A DNA stretch of 64,000 bases, taken from positions 2,101 to 66,100 of the forward strand of contig DHDH01000016.1 of NCBI GenBank assembly GCA_002399235.1, given 5' to 3'. Positions 29,799 to 38,532 of the stretch are shown piece after piece. Positions within the stretch are counted from its first letter, which is position 1. Each line of letters opens with the position of its first letter. The notes under the pieces were generated by a model. That model worked only from the letters and a program-made list of their open reading frames with translations, was not told the origin of the DNA and made no database searches. This stretch comes from Firmicutes bacterium UBA4881. GTDB lineage: Bacteria; Bacillota; DTU065. The translations under genes and the position numbers were made by a program.

Positions 29799-30443
29799 AT
29801 GATTAATTTGCTCTCTAAAGGTGGTTGGGTTATGTATGTGTTGCTAGGCTGTTCAGTCCTAGCATTAGGAATTATTTTTGAAAGATTTTTTAATCTATTA
29901 CGTGCTAATAATGATTCGGAAAAGTTACTTGGTGCTGTAAAACGCCTTCTTGTACAGGGGAAAGTTTTAGAAGCATTACGCTTAGCCAAGCAAGAAAGAG
30001 GACCCGTGGCTGCAGTTTTGGCAGCTGGAATTGGTAATTATGGTCGTGATCCCAAAGAAGTAGAAAGATTAATGGATCAAGTAGCTGAGCTTGAGTTATT
30101 ACGTATGAGAAAAAGAATGCCAGCACTAGAACTAATAATTCAACTAGCACCACTTCTTGGTTTACTTGGTACAGTTACAGGTGAGATTCGCACTTTTAAT
30201 GTCTTAAATAATCTACAAGGCGTTTCAGATCCTATTGCTATGAGTTCTGGTATTGCCGAAGCCTTACTTACCACAGCTTATGGATTGTTAATTGCAATCC
30301 CAGTCGCAGCTGTCTATGCTTATTTAGATTCTATGATTCAAAAAAACGTCGCTAATATGAATAGAGCAATCACTGAAATACTCGATACTTTTGCAAACTT
30401 GAAGCAGGAGGAGTCGAGCAAGGAAGCGAGTGATATTGCTTGA
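29799..30443 (+). CDS. exbB: MotA/TolQ/ExbB-family proton channel
   Basis: 214 aa with three TM segments and the conserved C-terminal TM motif. Followed by exbD with a 4-nt overlap. Confidence 0.8.
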   Translation: MINLLSKGGWVMYVLLGCSVLALGIIFERFFNLLRANNDSEKLLGAVKRLLVQGKVLEALRLAKQERGPVAAVLAAGIGNYGRDPKEVERLMDQVAELELLRMRKRMPALELIIQLAPLLGLLGTVTGEIRTFNVLNNLQGVSDPIAMSSGIAEALLTTAYGLLIAIPVAAVYAYLDSMIQKNVANMNRAITEILDTFANLKQEESSKEASDIA

Positions 30444-30838
30444 CAATCAAATATGAAAGACCCAAACCTCGCATAGATTTAACATCCTTAATTGATATTA
30501 TGTTTTCTTTAGTTTTGTTTTTTGTGGTTTTTACAACTTTTAGAACTTACGAAGCGAATATAAACTTACAGTTACCAAAAGCTTCAACTGGCGATAATGC
30601 TTTAAAAAGTATGGTAGTAATCAGCATAAATAAAGAGGGTAATTTCTACCTTTCTGGCCAACAGGTCAGTGAAGAACAGCTGTTAGCATCGGTAAAGACA
30701 AAATTAGCCTCTAATCCTAACGAGGTAGTTATAATCCGAGCTGACGAATCAATACCATACTCATATATAGTTAGAGCATTAGATGTTGTCCAAGCTGGAG
30801 GTGGCTACAACATTTCCTTAGCAGTAGAAAAACATTAA
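30440..30838 (+). CDS. exbD: ExbD/TolR-family protein (TTG start)
   Basis: 132 aa with a single N-terminal TM (LIDIMFSLVLFFVVF) and a periplasmic domain. Confidence 0.8.
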   Translation: MTIKYERPKPRIDLTSLIDIMFSLVLFFVVFTTFRTYEANINLQLPKASTGDNALKSMVVISINKEGNFYLSGQQVSEEQLLASVKTKLASNPNEVVIIRADESIPYSYIVRALDVVQAGGGYNISLAVEKH

Positions 30839-30854
30839 GAAGGAGTGGGCTTAG

Positions 30855-31763
30855 ATGGAAAATAAGAAAGACGACCTGGCCCTCTCTGTCTTTTTAGCGG
30901 TTTCCTTAGTTATCCACTTGTTATTTTTGCTAATTATACCTTTTTCTAAATTAGAAAGCTTAATGGCTGGGTATGGCAATGATCCTAATCAAACCACTAT
31001 TATAAACATCCGACTGACTGGTAGTGGTACACCACAAAGTAAAAGTGCAGTTACCAAAAAGCCAGAAGAACCATCGCAGGCAGAAGAAAAACCAAAAGGT
31101 AATACAGAAGAAAAACCTAAGCCTGATCCCAAACCTCAGCCGGAAGTTAAAAAAGTTCAAGAAACGGTTGTAGCACCTAAAAAAACTGGCGAACCGGTTA
31201 AAAATGTAGCGCCACAACCTAAAGCTATTAAAACAGAAACTCCAGCTCCTAAAGCTGAACCGTCAGTAGAGAAGCAACCTGAGGTAAAAATTATTACTAG
31301 TGAAGCAAGTAATTTAGCTGTGGATTTAGATGCACCAGCCAAAGACGGAGCAGGTAAAACTACCTCTGATGAGGGTAAAGGTGGTAGTACTGCTACCCAA
31401 TCAGGTTCGCCTGATGGTAATTCCGATCAAATTATAATAGCTAAGGGAGAAGACTATATAACTAATAGAGGCGGTTCTGGTGGTTTTACAACGAAAAACA
31501 TCCAGAGTTTAGAGTACACAGGTGTATTGGAGTTAGTGTTCGAAGTGGATAGTGAGGGTAAGATGACAGTTTTACTAGTTAAAGGGCTTGGTGATGATAG
31601 ATTTAATAAAGAACTAGTTAGCTTTGCTCAAAAGAGTTGGGTAGGACGTTTTGATACTGAAGCTAAAGCTAAGTTTCCCAATGGCTATAAAGTGCCTGTT
31701 ACTGTGGTGTTTGAAAAAGGCAATGGAACACATAAATTTGGTAATGTGGCTCCGTTGGAATAG
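30855..31763 (+). CDS. TonB/TolA-like energy transducer (N-terminal TM anchor, Pro/Lys-rich linker, C-terminal TonB_C-like domain)
   Basis: 302 aa. N-terminal LALSVFLAVSLVIHLLFLLII. EKPKP/PKP repeats. C-terminal beta-rich domain. RBS AAGGAGTGGG. Confidence 0.65.
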   Translation: MENKKDDLALSVFLAVSLVIHLLFLLIIPFSKLESLMAGYGNDPNQTTIINIRLTGSGTPQSKSAVTKKPEEPSQAEEKPKGNTEEKPKPDPKPQPEVKKVQETVVAPKKTGEPVKNVAPQPKAIKTETPAPKAEPSVEKQPEVKIITSEASNLAVDLDAPAKDGAGKTTSDEGKGGSTATQSGSPDGNSDQIIIAKGEDYITNRGGSGGFTTKNIQSLEYTGVLELVFEVDSEGKMTVLLVKGLGDDRFNKELVSFAQKSWVGRFDTEAKAKFPNGYKVPVTVVFEKGNGTHKFGNVAPLE

Positions 31764-31775
31764 GAGGGGTAGTTT

Positions 31776-33812
31776 TTGAAAAAAACAAGATTTCTTAAAC
31801 TGATTCTCATATGTTTGGTGTTATTAATGCCTCTCTCAATTGGAGCAGAATCAAAGATACCCCGCGCCTATGGGCAAGGCGATGGGGTAGTGAAGTTAAG
31901 AAACGACTTTATTGAGATTGTTGTTAATACAAGTACAGATGGTACTGGTCGTTTTGCTGTTATAACAACTGGAGGAGATCCGGAAAGAACCGATGATAAT
32001 GACAAATATCTTATTTATGGATTAGGAAAACCAGTAACATCATATAGTACTATTCGTATTGATAACAAAAATTATGTCTTTGGTGGTAAAACTACGAAAA
32101 GAGCGGGGCTTAATGGTAATTATGGTACCCAGATAACACCACCTGTTCAAAGAGAGGATGGTATCTATACCTCTTATCGCTATGGAGATATTCTCGTTGA
32201 ACAGATTCTTGATTTAACCTTTTCTACAACAACTGGACAGCCAGATACAGCTGCTATTAGTTATGTGTTTACTAACCAAGGTAATACAGCTCATGATGTG
32301 GGTTTACGAGTTGTTTTAGATACTATGCTTGGCGATAACGATGGAGCTCCTTTTCGAGTTGGTGATGTAGCGGTTGTAAGTGATACGCTTTTTACTGGCA
32401 TTAGTATACCTGTTTTTATGCAAGCATTTGATGATCTATTAAAACCAGCTGTTATGGCCCAAGGCAATCTTTCTGGTCCGGAAGTTACATGTCCTAGTCG
32501 AGTATATTTTTCTAACTGGGGCAGTTTTGCTGATGGAGCTTGGGATTTTAATTATGTACAGGGAAGAGATTTTACGAGAGCGGGCGAGTTTGATTTAGAT
32601 AGTGCTATGGCTCTTTATTGGGATCCAGAACCACTGCAGCCTGGCCAATCTAAGCGCTATGTAACTCACTATGGTCTGGGTGGAATCTCAATTGCCAAAG
32701 GTTTCTTGTCTCTAGGATTGAGTTCAGTGAATAAAGTTGAGATGGCAACAAATCCTCAACCATTTGATGTTATTGGCTATATCCAAAATACTGGCGATGG
32801 TATCGCTCACGCGGTAGTTGCCAAACTTAAATTGCCTAAAGGATTAGCTATAGTTGGTTCTACTAATGAGAAGTTTATTGATAAAATGCAACCTGGAGAA
32901 TCAAAGCAGGTTGTTTGGAAAGTAGTACCCACTGGTAATTCGTATGGAAATATGCAAATGGTAATGGAAGTCGATGCTAGCAATATTGGGGTTAACACAG
33001 TTTCTAGACAGATTGAAGTTACAACACCAGCTAAATTGAGTCTAAACTTGGAAGGTCCACTTAATTTATCTATAGTGGATGAAAAACTGTTTCCTGAAGT
33101 TTTTGAAGTAACTGGTAGAATTAGCAATACAGGTGGGTCGACGGCCTACAATGTTGAATTAGAGCTTTCTAGTGCAATGCTTAACTTTGTTAAAGGTGAA
33201 CAAAGAACGGTTTATGTAGGTACTTTGCCTCCTAACCAAGATGCCAAAGTGACTTGGAAGCTTACAGCTAAACCAGTATCTGGTTCAGTGTATCCATCAG
33301 GAAGAGCTTTTGTAAGTCTAACGGCAACCGCTAGCAATGCAGAATCCCCTGCAGCTAAGAATTTACCTATCTTATTACCTAAGATCGATCCTAAAGTTTG
33401 GCTACGCTCAGTATATCCTGAGCCAAGAGTTATTAACAATAGTTTAGTTATCCATCTTGATTTGATGGCTACAAATATAGAACGCTTAAAAGATTTTAAG
33501 ATCGAACTAAACTATGATCCACAAGTACTACAGTTCTTAGGTTGGCGAGTTGGAACTCAGATTATTTCAACAGGTGAAGGTGAATGGAAACGCGGTCCGA
33601 TTTCTGTCACGGATCCCTACGAAGCTAACAAGACGGGTAAGATAACAATTGAAGGCCAAATAATTGACAAGAATAGTTTCGGTGGTTCATTAGCTGAACT
33701 AAAGTTTATTCTCGTTGGTAAGGGTAAAACAAAAATAGGATTTAATAGTGTTACTCTTACAGCGAATGAAAAGGATGTTAAAGCAGTGGGCTTTGAAATT
33801 GAAGTACGTTAA
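31776..33812 (+). CDS. large secreted beta-rich protein: unknown N-terminal domain, two CARDB-like repeats, C-terminal cohesin-like domain (TTG start)
   Basis: Signal peptide MKKTRFLKLILICLVLLMPLSIGA. Two CARDB-like repeats (NTGDGIAHAVVAKLKLPKGL; NTGGSTAYNVELELS). Cohesin-like C-terminus. RBS AGGAGGGG. Confidence 0.5.
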   Translation: MKKTRFLKLILICLVLLMPLSIGAESKIPRAYGQGDGVVKLRNDFIEIVVNTSTDGTGRFAVITTGGDPERTDDNDKYLIYGLGKPVTSYSTIRIDNKNYVFGGKTTKRAGLNGNYGTQITPPVQREDGIYTSYRYGDILVEQILDLTFSTTTGQPDTAAISYVFTNQGNTAHDVGLRVVLDTMLGDNDGAPFRVGDVAVVSDTLFTGISIPVFMQAFDDLLKPAVMAQGNLSGPEVTCPSRVYFSNWGSFADGAWDFNYVQGRDFTRAGEFDLDSAMALYWDPEPLQPGQSKRYVTHYGLGGISIAKGFLSLGLSSVNKVEMATNPQPFDVIGYIQNTGDGIAHAVVAKLKLPKGLAIVGSTNEKFIDKMQPGESKQVVWKVVPTGNSYGNMQMVMEVDASNIGVNTVSRQIEVTTPAKLSLNLEGPLNLSIVDEKLFPEVFEVTGRISNTGGSTAYNVELELSSAMLNFVKGEQRTVYVGTLPPNQDAKVTWKLTAKPVSGSVYPSGRAFVSLTATASNAESPAAKNLPILLPKIDPKVWLRSVYPEPRVINNSLVIHLDLMATNIERLKDFKIELNYDPQVLQFLGWRVGTQIISTGEGEWKRGPISVTDPYEANKTGKITIEGQIIDKNSFGGSLAELKFILVGKGKTKIGFNSVTLTANEKDVKAVGFEIEVR

Positions 33813-33844
33813 TTCATCTAAGTTGCACGGGGAGGTTATAAACA

Positions 33845-34876
33845 ATGAAGCCTAAATTTAGGATTGCTTTACTAACCGTTCTACTACTTATATCTATAAG
33901 TAGTACGGTTATAGCATCACAACCTAAAGATATTGAGAGTAGCCATTGGGCTTATCAAAGTGTGAAAGAACTATTAGAAAAGGGTTACCTTTCGGTTTAT
34001 CCTGATAACACCTTTCGTGGTAACGAACCTGTTGATCGTTATACTCTGGCTAATGTAGTAGCGAGAATGCTACGCGAGGTTCAGACTGGCAAAGTAACTG
34101 CTTCGTCAGAAGATATTACTAGCCTTAAAAAATTGTATACCGAATATCAAGCTGAGGTAGTTAAAGCATTTCAAGAAATAGACAAACTAAGTGGTAGAGT
34201 AACTGATTTAGAGAAGGGCTTAGTGGCTAATAAAGACGAAATAACTCGTTTGCAGATTGATTACAACACCAGCTTCAAACCTGAGATTGCAAAACAGATA
34301 GAAGCAGTGTTTGCTTCAATGAATACCACAAAAACTCAGTTAGAAGGAAAAATAGACAGTTTAAAATTAGAAGTAGAACTATTAAAAGGCGATAAAGCTT
34401 CAAGTAAAGAACTGGATAAAGCTATCTCTAGTGCAGTTCAGAGAGCTACTGATGAAGCCAGTAATATCTCTGACGAATTAATTGCAGTTAAGCTAGATTT
34501 ACAGGATGAAAATACAAAGCTAAAAGAGGAAGTAGATGGTTTAAAAACTACACTTACTGGCTATATACAAAGTTTTGTAGATTTAGCTGAGAAAACTAAT
34601 GAACAAGATAAACGGTTAGCGAAACTAGAAGAACAAATCAATCTACTTGACAATCAACTCAGAGAAGATTTACAAAGTACTAGGAGTAGCAATTTTGTGC
34701 GTGAAAGAACTATTGAAAATAGGCTGGAAAAAATTGAGGAAGAATTAAAGAGTACCAAAGAGAGTACTAATTCAAGACTAAGTTCATTAGAAGGAAGTAG
34801 ATACTACTGGTGGGCAGGTTTTGGCCTTTCAATCATCACAGTTATTGTAGCTCTTGTAGCGGCTAACAATATGTAA
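33845..34876 (+). CDS. Ompalpha-like envelope protein 2: signal peptide, SLH domain, ~250-aa coiled coil, C-terminal membrane anchor
   Basis: SLH motif (SSHWAYQSVKELLEKGYLSVYPDNTFRGNEPVDRYTLANVVARML). Long heptad region. C-terminal YYWWAGFGLSIITVIVALVAANNM. Confidence 0.65.
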   Translation: MKPKFRIALLTVLLLISISSTVIASQPKDIESSHWAYQSVKELLEKGYLSVYPDNTFRGNEPVDRYTLANVVARMLREVQTGKVTASSEDITSLKKLYTEYQAEVVKAFQEIDKLSGRVTDLEKGLVANKDEITRLQIDYNTSFKPEIAKQIEAVFASMNTTKTQLEGKIDSLKLEVELLKGDKASSKELDKAISSAVQRATDEASNISDELIAVKLDLQDENTKLKEEVDGLKTTLTGYIQSFVDLAEKTNEQDKRLAKLEEQINLLDNQLREDLQSTRSSNFVRERTIENRLEKIEEELKSTKESTNSRLSSLEGSRYYWWAGFGLSIITVIVALVAANNM

Positions 34877-34905
34877 AAAGGAGGGGGAGCCCTCCTTTTT
34901 TTTAT
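34877..34905. terminator. strong bidirectional intrinsic terminator (AAAAAGGAGGGGGAGCCCTCCTTTTTTTT)
   Basis: GC-rich hairpin flanked by an A-run and a T-run. Closes the exbB...SLH operon and the convergent small minus-strand ORF. Confidence 0.75.
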
Positions 34906-35036
34906 CTACGTTGGTTGTCGTCAGAAATGTCGTTCTTGTTTTCAATGTCACTTTTTTTATTTCGGCAAGAGACATCGTTATTTATTTTGTTGTTGCTCAT
35001 CTTAGGCTTTTTATTGGTTTTTTGTTTGTCAGGCAT
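34902..35036 (-). CDS. small (44 aa) Lys/Asn/Asp-rich hydrophilic protein, hypothetical
   Basis: ATG preceded by GAGAGGTGAA. Encodes MPDKQKTNKKPKMSNNKINNDVSCRNKKSDIENKNDISDDNQRR. Its stop abuts the bidirectional terminator. Confidence 0.3.
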   Translation of the reverse strand: MPDKQKTNKKPKMSNNKINNDVSCRNKKSDIENKNDISDDNQRR

Positions 35037-35147
35037 AAGTTCACCTCTCAAAACTAGTGTGTGCTTTTTGTCCCCAATAATACTTAGCAGCAAGGGATTA
35101 TTACTTTTAAGCTGAATGATAGATTAGAGATAAGAGGAGGGGTTGAA

Positions 35148-36473
35148 GTGGGCCAAAATAAGAAGCGCTGGTTTTATAGCTCTGGATCATTAGCTGGTAT
35201 GTTAACTGTTGCTACATTTTCTGGTTTTATCAACTTTTTCTATATCGATTATTTGAAAATTAACCCAATGCTTATTGGGTCAGCCATGCTATTATATGGA
35301 ATTTACAATGCTATTAATGATCCTCTGTTAGGACAGTTATCCGATTGGTATCGCGGTAAAAATGGGACTAGAATTCCCTTTATACGTTATGGCATGATAC
35401 CATTTGTCATTGCTTTTGCGCTTTTATGGTTACCCAAACCAGGGTGGTTTAATGGTAACGAAATAGCTTTATATATTTACTTTGTCTTGAGTATTTTACT
35501 CTTCGATGGACTCTATACTTTAGTCTTTTTGAATTGGACTGCTTTATACCCAGAACTCTATCGCACTGATGTCGAACGTAACCAAGTGTCAGCTATTCGA
35601 CAGATTTTCGGGATAGTTGGGAATATAATCGGTTTTGCTGTTCCGCCATTTTTAGCATCCTTAATTGGCTGGCAGTTAATGGGAGTTTTGTTTGCAGTCA
35701 TATCCTTGGTTTTTATCTATATTAGTATTAAAGATATTAAGGAAGAACCAAAGACTATTAAAGAAGGTCAGTCTAGCTTACCCTTTTTAAAAGCCTTAAA
35801 AGGAACATTTGCTAATAAACCGTTTGTTATCTATGTGCTAGGTTCTTTTTTTCTCCAGTTTACCTTTGTCTTTATGCAAGCTGTGATGCCTTTTTATGTT
35901 AAATATGTCTTAAAGGTTGATGGATTAGGACAGTCGTTAGTTTTAGGTACTGTCTTTATTAGTGCTCTTTTCTTTGTCTTAGGTTGGAGCAAAGTTACCA
36001 ATAAATTAGGTGCTAAGCGAACGATGCAAATATGTTTAACCTTATTTGTAGTTAGTTTAGTTCCCTATTGGCATGCCCAAGATTTTACTGCTGGATTAAT
36101 AATTGCTGCCTTAAATGGCTTAGGTCTTGCTGGTTTAATGATTCTAATTGATGTTATGCTAGCTGATGTTATCGATCTTGATGAGCTACGCACTGGTTAT
36201 AGACGAGAAGGTATGTATTTTGGCATGAATGCTCTAATCATTCGCTTAGGGATCTCACTACAGGGACCTATTTTAGGTTATATTTTAGCTACCTCAGGCT
36301 ACGTTCCTGAAGCTTTAACTCAAACAGCATCAGCTATTAATGGCTTAAAAGTAGCAATGGTTATAGTGCCTATTGTTTCCCTCTTCTTATCGTTTATTAT
36401 GTTTAGCTTTTATCCTCTCAATAAGCAAGAAGTCAGGGAGATCAAGGAGAAGTTAAAAAGTATCTCTTTTTAA
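35148..36473 (+). CDS. MFS transporter, glycoside-pentoside-hexuronide:cation symporter family (MelB-like)
   Basis: 441 aa with 12 TM segments. GTG start after RBS AGGAGGGG. Confidence 0.8.
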   Translation: MGQNKKRWFYSSGSLAGMLTVATFSGFINFFYIDYLKINPMLIGSAMLLYGIYNAINDPLLGQLSDWYRGKNGTRIPFIRYGMIPFVIAFALLWLPKPGWFNGNEIALYIYFVLSILLFDGLYTLVFLNWTALYPELYRTDVERNQVSAIRQIFGIVGNIIGFAVPPFLASLIGWQLMGVLFAVISLVFIYISIKDIKEEPKTIKEGQSSLPFLKALKGTFANKPFVIYVLGSFFLQFTFVFMQAVMPFYVKYVLKVDGLGQSLVLGTVFISALFFVLGWSKVTNKLGAKRTMQICLTLFVVSLVPYWHAQDFTAGLIIAALNGLGLAGLMILIDVMLADVIDLDELRTGYRREGMYFGMNALIIRLGISLQGPILGYILATSGYVPEALTQTASAINGLKVAMVIVPIVSLFLSFIMFSFYPLNKQEVREIKEKLKSISF

Positions 36474-36516
36474 TCATCTGGACTTAAAGATCATATAAAG
36501 GGGGGTTTTAGCAAAC

Positions 36517-37215
36517 GTGGCATTACAAGCAATATTTTTAGATTTAGATAATACACTAATTGACTTTAGTACAGTAAGAAGGCAGGCGTATGTTGCAGCG
36601 GCTGCTGCAATCAAAACTTATTATCCTGGTTTACCTAATAAAGAATTAATCAGGGTACAAAGAGAAAAAACAGCTGAGGTCTATCGTGAGTTTATTTCCG
36701 GCGAAATAGATTATGATACCCAGTGCAGAGAACGCTTTCAGAGAGTTTTTAACCATTTTGGTATTAAAAATCCAGCCCTTATTAAGTACCTTGCCTGGTT
36801 TTTTAATAACTACCAAGAAAGAAATGTTAAGCCGTATGTATCTTCTGAGGTAACTTTGCAATTATTAGCTCGAAAATATAGACTTTTTATTATTACCAAT
36901 GGCCCATATCCACACCAAAAAAGGAAATTAAAATTAGCTAGATTAAGTCCGTTTATCGAAAAACTATATGCGCCTGGGGGTAAATACAAAGGCAAACCAG
37001 AGCCTCACTTATTTTTATCAGCCTTGAAAGAAGCAAATTTAAGGCCTAAGGAAGTTGTGCATGTAGGCGATGAGATTGCTGATATTTTAGGAGCTACCAA
37101 TTGTGGTATCAAACCAATTTGGATTAGGCCACCGAAAAACGAAGTAGGAATAAATGATATAGGCGAACTACCATTGTATTTGAAGCAAGTTAATAGCGAA
37201 AACTTAGCAATCTAA
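36517..37215 (+). CDS. HAD-superfamily hydrolase (subfamily IA)
   Basis: DLDNTL motif I and motif III/IV (GDEIADILGATNCG). GTG start. Confidence 0.7.
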   Translation: MALQAIFLDLDNTLIDFSTVRRQAYVAAAAAIKTYYPGLPNKELIRVQREKTAEVYREFISGEIDYDTQCRERFQRVFNHFGIKNPALIKYLAWFFNNYQERNVKPYVSSEVTLQLLARKYRLFIITNGPYPHQKRKLKLARLSPFIEKLYAPGGKYKGKPEPHLFLSALKEANLRPKEVVHVGDEIADILGATNCGIKPIWIRPPKNEVGINDIGELPLYLKQVNSENLAI

Positions 37216-37233
37216 AGAGCAATAAACGATAAG

Positions 37234-37274
37234 TAAAAAAAGACTGGCAGACCTTAGGCCAGGTCTGCCAGTTT
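37234..37274. terminator. bidirectional terminator (GACTGGCAGACCT tagg CCAGGTCTGCCAGT)
   Basis: Perfect 11-bp stem flanked by an A7 run and TTT. Confidence 0.6.
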
Positions 37275-37547
37275 AGAGGCGTTCGCTCTAGGTCTTAGAG
37301 TTTAAGCCACCTCTGGTTGATCATCTCAACCACCTCCCTTGTAGGGATGATTTGGCCGTTTCCCTGTATTTAGTATAATACACAAATAGCTTCTTGAAAG
37401 ACCGTTAACAGTTCTGATTTAATTATTCCGAATTACTAGTTAGTAATCTAATAGCAAATAAACTACCAGGGCAGGACATATAAATGGTTGTGTCCAAGAC
37501 TTAATACATAATGGATTTTGAGAATAAATTAAGATACAAAAAAGCTT

Positions 37548-38417
37548 TTGGCTAATTATTGGGTGAAAGTGGAGAGAAAAAGATTGGGTAAAAATAAACT
37601 AATTAAACCGGTTGTTAAGTGGGTTGGGGGGAAAAGACAAATTATCAAAAAGATAACTCCTTACATACCCCAAACTTTTTTAACTTATTACGAGCCGTTT
37701 CTCGGTGGTGGTGCCGTTTTATTTGCATTACAACCCAAAAAAGCTGTTGTCAACGATATAAACAGTGAACTAATGAATTTATATGTAGTGATCAAAGACA
37801 ATGTTGAGGATTTGATAGTAGATCTAAAAAAACATAAAAATGAAGCTGGTTATTTTTACAAAATAAGAGAGTTAGATCGGCAGAAAGATATGTATCAAAA
37901 TCTAACACCGATCCAGAAAGCATCAAGAATTATTTATTTGAATAAAACTTGTTATAATGGCTTGTTTAGAGTAAATAAGACAGGCGAGTTTAATACCCCT
38001 TTTGGTCATTATAAAAAACCTAATATTGTGAATGAGGTTACACTTAGAGCTGTTAGCGATTATTTTAATAGAGCAGAGATTGAGTTTTTCTGCGACGATT
38101 TTGCTAAGTCGCTCCAGAATGTACAAAAGGACGATTTTGTCTACTTAGATCCGCCCTATGATCCACTCTCTGATACGTCTAATTTTACTGGTTATAGTCG
38201 AGGTGGATTTGGACAAATAGAACAAATTAGACTGAAAGAACTCTGCGATCAACTAAATGAAAAGAAAGTTAAATTTCTTTTATCTAACTCCTCAACCGAT
38301 TTTATTAAAGAACTTTATCAAGATTATAGGATCGAAGTAGTTCAAGCTTCGAGACTAATCAACTCAAGAGCCGATAAAAGAGGAGAGATAAGCGAGCTTC
38401 TGATAATGAATTATTAA
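37548..38417 (+). CDS. dam: DNA adenine methyltransferase, Dam family (N6-adenine, GATC-type); true start possibly TTG at 37584
   Basis: N-terminal KWVGGKRQ (SAM-binding) and the catalytic DPPY motif. No adjacent restriction-endonuclease gene. Confidence 0.8.
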   Translation: MANYWVKVERKRLGKNKLIKPVVKWVGGKRQIIKKITPYIPQTFLTYYEPFLGGGAVLFALQPKKAVVNDINSELMNLYVVIKDNVEDLIVDLKKHKNEAGYFYKIRELDRQKDMYQNLTPIQKASRIIYLNKTCYNGLFRVNKTGEFNTPFGHYKKPNIVNEVTLRAVSDYFNRAEIEFFCDDFAKSLQNVQKDDFVYLDPPYDPLSDTSNFTGYSRGGFGQIEQIRLKELCDQLNEKKVKFLLSNSSTDFIKELYQDYRIEVVQASRLINSRADKRGEISELLIMNY

Positions 38418-38500
38418 TAGCTAGAAGCATAATTAAAATCATTCCACTAGCAAGTTTCCGACGTCTAGATGCATAGATACTATACAACCTAAGCGTAAAT

Positions 38501-38530
38501 AAAAAGGTCCCAAGGTATTGGGACCTTTAA
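38501..38530. terminator. bidirectional terminator (AAAAAGGTCCCAAggtaTTGGGACCTTT)
   Basis: Perfect 9-bp stem with an A-run and T-run. Sits between convergent dam (+) and the Mor-like gene (-). Confidence 0.6.
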
Positions 38531-38532
38531 GA

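Noticed and set aside
30855-31763. Calling the third operon gene strictly TonB
   Set aside because: Its topology and Pro/Lys-rich linker fit TonB and TolA equally, and no TonB-dependent receptor is nearby. I kept the label TonB/TolA-like.
34915-35115. 66-aa plus-strand ORF MSSEMSFLFSMSLFLF...
   Set aside because: Low-complexity Leu/Phe-rich translation of a T-rich spacer, with no RBS. The complementary strand carries the better-supported 44-aa ORF with an SD.
37548-38417. Dam methylase as half of a restriction-modification system
   Set aside because: No endonuclease-like ORF sits on either side, since terminators and the Mor-like gene flank it. GATC tetramers are common across the window, which argues against active GATC restriction.
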